Assembly: GCA_964577975.1 (NCBI GenBank)
Contig: CAZOBB010000058.1
Coordinates: 19,367-83,366, forward strand
Reading direction: 5' to 3'
Source of the DNA: an uncultured Thermodesulfobacteriota bacterium
GTDB taxonomy: Bacteria > Desulfobacterota > S145-22
DNA: 64,000 nucleotides
This document shows, one piece after another, positions 61,220 to 64,000 of this stretch. Under the pieces are notes generated by a model that did no database searches, was not told where the DNA came from, and saw only the letters and a list, made by a program, of their open reading frames with translations. Every line of letters begins with the position of its first letter. The first letter of the stretch is position 1. Both the position numbers and the translations under genes were made by a program.

Positions 61220-63175
61220 GTGGGGGAGAAAACTTACCAAGAGGACGAAAAGGGACCAATTGAAAGGATACACCTGCATCCCATAACACTAGCCTTCACT
61301 GGCCCCCTCAAAAAACTTGAAGCGCCTTTCCAGCTGCAATATTTTGACAATGCCCTTTCCATCATCAGAGTGACGTTACTCTTTGCCGCTTTCCTCTATG
61401 GGGTTTTCGGCCTTTTAGACGCTTACCTCGTGCCGGAGAAAAAAAGTCTCTTCTGGGCTATACGTTATTTTTTCATCTGCCCTTTAATATTAACCTTATT
61501 CCTTCTTACCTTCTTTCCTATTTTTAGAAAAATCATGCAACCCGCCATCGCCTTCGTGGAGGTTCTCGGCGGCATGGGAATCATTTGGATGACTGTCGTG
61601 GCCCCTCCTCCAGCCAACTACTCCTACTATGCAGGCATCATCCTAATCATCATTGTAGGTTACACCGCCGTGAAATTACGCTTCGTATGGGCTTCCCCCG
61701 CGGGATGGATTCTCGTGATCACCTACAATCTCTCCGCCACCTTTCTCACACATACGCCAGCCCCTGTCCTCCTCAACAACAACTTTTTTCTAATCAGTGC
61801 CAACCTCATAGGCATGTTGGCCTGTTACCTGATTGAATTCCATCAGCGGCGAGACTATTACACCAAACATCTTCTGGAGCTCGAACAAGACAAGGTTCGA
61901 CAAGCAAAAGACCTTTTGGAAGAGCGGGTCAGGCAACGGACCAAACAGCTAATGGAAACCAACCAAAAGCTCGAAAGAGAAATCGAAGAACGCCACCGTC
62001 TAGAAGAAGAAAGAGAGCGCATCAGGGCCCGCCTCTCCAAGCAACAAAGGATGGAATCCATCGGTCTGATGGCAGGAGGTGTCGCACACGATCTCAACAA
62101 CATTCTCTCCGGAATTGTTACCTATCCGGACCTCATTTTGAGAAGGCTTCCCAAAGACAGTGAGCTTTGGAAATACGTGGAAGCAATCAAGGACACGGGA
62201 GAGCGCGCCGCGGCTGTCGTCGCCGATCTCTTAACGGTAGCCAGAGGCATCGCCTCGGAAAAGGAAGTAATAAACATCAATGAATTGGTGAAAAATTACC
62301 TCTCCTCACCAGAATATAAAAACCTCCTCTCCTGCTATCCCCGTATTCACCTAACCTTCAACCCCGCCCCTGATCTTCCCCCCTGCAAACTTTCCAAAGT
62401 CCACATTCAAAAGGTTCTCATGAACCTGGTAAACAACGCCTATGAAGCTATCGGAGAAGAGGGAACCGTCACGATCCGCACAGGAACCCATACCATCACC
62501 CCCGATTCGTCCTCCTGTCTTCGAGAATCACTGAAAGAAGGCAACTACGTCGTTCTGGAAATTCAAGACGATGGACCAGGGATATCCAAAGAAGACCTTC
62601 ATCGAATCTTCGAACCTTTTTACAGTAAAAAGATTATGGGGCGCAGCGGAACCGGCCTAGGTTTGACGGTTGTATGGAATACGATACAAGATCATGAGGG
62701 AACCATTCTCGTGGAAAGTGGGAAAGGACAAGGTACCACCTTCACCATTTATCTCCCCGCCTCCAAGGAATCCGAAGTTCCGAAACCGTTATTGGAAGAA
62801 AGTGAACTAACGGGGAAAGGGAAAATACTCATCGTTGATGACGAACCTCTTCAGCGGGAAATAACCCATGAAATCCTCGCACACCTTGGATATGAAGTGG
62901 TGACCGCTGAAAGCGGGAGGCACGCCCTCGACTATCTCGAAAACAACACGGTGGACTTGGTTCTCCTCGATATGTTAATGCCGGGCATGGATGGCCTTGA
63001 AACCTTTCAGGAAATCATCAAACTCTACCCTCACCAGAAAACGATTATTGTCAGCGGCTACTCAGAGAGCGAAAAGGTTAACAAGGCTATGGAACTAGGC
63101 GTCGCTCACTACATCAAAAAGCCTTTCAGTCTCACATCCCTTGGAATCGTCGTAAAAAAAGTCCTTGCGGCCTGA
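61220..63175 (+). CDS. Hybrid sensor histidine kinase / response regulator with about 6 N-terminal TM helices
   Basis: H-box AGGVAHDLNNIL, N-box NLVNNA, G-boxes DDGPGI and GTGLGL, receiver domain (VDDE, LLDMLMPGMDG, KPF). Confidence 0.93.
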   Translation: MGEKTYQEDEKGPIERIHLHPITLAFTGPLKKLEAPFQLQYFDNALSIIRVTLLFAAFLYGVFGLLDAYLVPEKKSLFWAIRYFFICPLILTLFLLTFFPIFRKIMQPAIAFVEVLGGMGIIWMTVVAPPPANYSYYAGIILIIIVGYTAVKLRFVWASPAGWILVITYNLSATFLTHTPAPVLLNNNFFLISANLIGMLACYLIEFHQRRDYYTKHLLELEQDKVRQAKDLLEERVRQRTKQLMETNQKLEREIEERHRLEEERERIRARLSKQQRMESIGLMAGGVAHDLNNILSGIVTYPDLILRRLPKDSELWKYVEAIKDTGERAAAVVADLLTVARGIASEKEVININELVKNYLSSPEYKNLLSCYPRIHLTFNPAPDLPPCKLSKVHIQKVLMNLVNNAYEAIGEEGTVTIRTGTHTITPDSSSCLRESLKEGNYVVLEIQDDGPGISKEDLHRIFEPFYSKKIMGRSGTGLGLTVVWNTIQDHEGTILVESGKGQGTTFTIYLPASKESEVPKPLLEESELTGKGKILIVDDEPLQREITHEILAHLGYEVVTAESGRHALDYLENNTVDLVLLDMLMPGMDGLETFQEIIKLYPHQKTIIVSGYSESEKVNKAMELGVAHYIKKPFSLTSLGIVVKKVLAA

Positions 63176-63221
63176 AAAGGAGAGCCTGGGAGAAAAATAC
63201 CCCCCAAGCTCCCTTGTCTCG

Positions 63222-63998
63222 TTAAAGTAAGTCTTTCAAATAGGGGGAAGGGGGTACATCCGAAACGAGGGTCTCCGCTCGAGAAATAGCCCACGTACCA
63301 CGCTGCAAATACCCCGCCAGGGAGTGGAAAAGTTGCCCCAACGTCTCCCTGATACGTTCTGGCTCTTCCTCTCCCGGCTTGACCACATGCTTCACCGCCT
63401 CTTCCACGAAGGTATCCAGATCTCTATCCGAATCCCGTAATCCCTTCAAACGCTCTTTCGAGATTCCCGTGACCTCAGAAACGGCCGTTACAATGGTATC
63501 CATCAGCTCCGGCGAGATCTTGAGGTATTCATCACGGAATTTCTTTCCCACGGCCAGGAGTTTGGGGATATCCACGCCTGTTCTGACCCCCATCGCCTCC
63601 ATCATCACCACGACATCCTCCGTGGCAACCAGACCCGACAGGAGATGTTCCTTGTGATAGTATTTACCCGTTCCTCGAATCAAACGGCCATCAATCATGT
63701 TAGCGGGCTGCCCACCGATACCGCTCAAGGTGGATTCAAATCGATAGATCCCAGCCTGCAAGGCCGCAAACACGTTAGCCAATCCCATCCCCCGTGAGGT
63801 GTGAAAATGAGCCAAGTGATACTTGGGATCCGCCCATTTTCCCATTACATCGGGATCGAGAATCATCGAAAAATATTCATACACCCGCGCAGGATCCGCA
63901 GACCCATCGTGATCCGCCTGTTCAATGTAGCTGGCTCCCAAATCTAGATAGATCTTGGAAAATTCCACAGCCCGTTTCAGGTCCGTGACCCTCGCCCC
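63222..63998 (-). CDS. DRE-TIM metallolyase (HMG-CoA lyase-like) protein, 5' end beyond the window
   Basis: ADHDGSA.P, metal-binding HFH (AHFHTSRGMGLAN), FESTLSGIGG, LVATEDVV.M; the frame stays open to the window edge. Confidence 0.8.
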   Translation of the reverse strand, partial: GARVTDLKRAVEFSKIYLDLGASYIEQADHDGSADPARVYEYFSMILDPDVMGKWADPKYHLAHFHTSRGMGLANVFAALQAGIYRFESTLSGIGGQPANMIDGRLIRGTGKYYHKEHLLSGLVATEDVVVMMEAMGVRTGVDIPKLLAVGKKFRDEYLKISPELMDTIVTAVSEVTGISKERLKGLRDSDRDLDTFVEEAVKHVVKPGEEEPERIRETLGQLFHSLAGYLQRGTWAISRAETLVSDVPPSPYLKDLL

Positions 63999-64000
63999 TT

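Noticed and set aside
1-64000. tRNA (including selC), rRNA, CRISPR arrays, IS elements
   Set aside because: No cloverleaf signatures, rRNA sequence, spacer-separated repeats, transposase motifs or terminal inverted repeats were seen by eye.

Overview
A 64-kb chromosomal window, most likely from a Deltaproteobacterium/Desulfobacterota-type organism (inferred from gene order and protein style, no database search). It is mostly housekeeping genes. In order: secF-DUF456, IclR-dodecin, a five-gene glycosylation operon (3x GT4, WcaJ-type priming transferase, GT-C transferase) and a complete dcw cluster (mraZ to ftsZ) followed by a radical SAM gene. Next come a partial cobamide operon (degenerate cbiD, cobQ, cobD, O-methyltransferase, CPBP protease), thioesterase/transglutaminase/Hsp20/proC and a porin-cytochrome pair. 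The rest is rpsT, the long xerC-hslVU-argBDFG-leuS-lptE-holA-aroK run, an orphan ABC substrate-binding protein, carAB plus an ArnT-like gene, a hybrid histidine kinase and a truncated HMG-CoA-lyase-like gene. No rRNA, tRNA, CRISPR array or transposase was seen. The most notable signal is at 37407-39590 (minus strand). The two ORFs called there are exactly in frame, separated by one UGA that is followed by a bacterial SECIS-like hairpin. Read through, they give a single 727-aa MtrB/PioB-like outer-membrane beta-barrel with a CxxCH heme motif and a predicted selenocysteine (C-x6-U), encoded directly after a decaheme cytochrome. Also notable are a CbiD homologue that has lost its conserved motifs and a possible benzimidazole (BzaC-like) methyltransferase.
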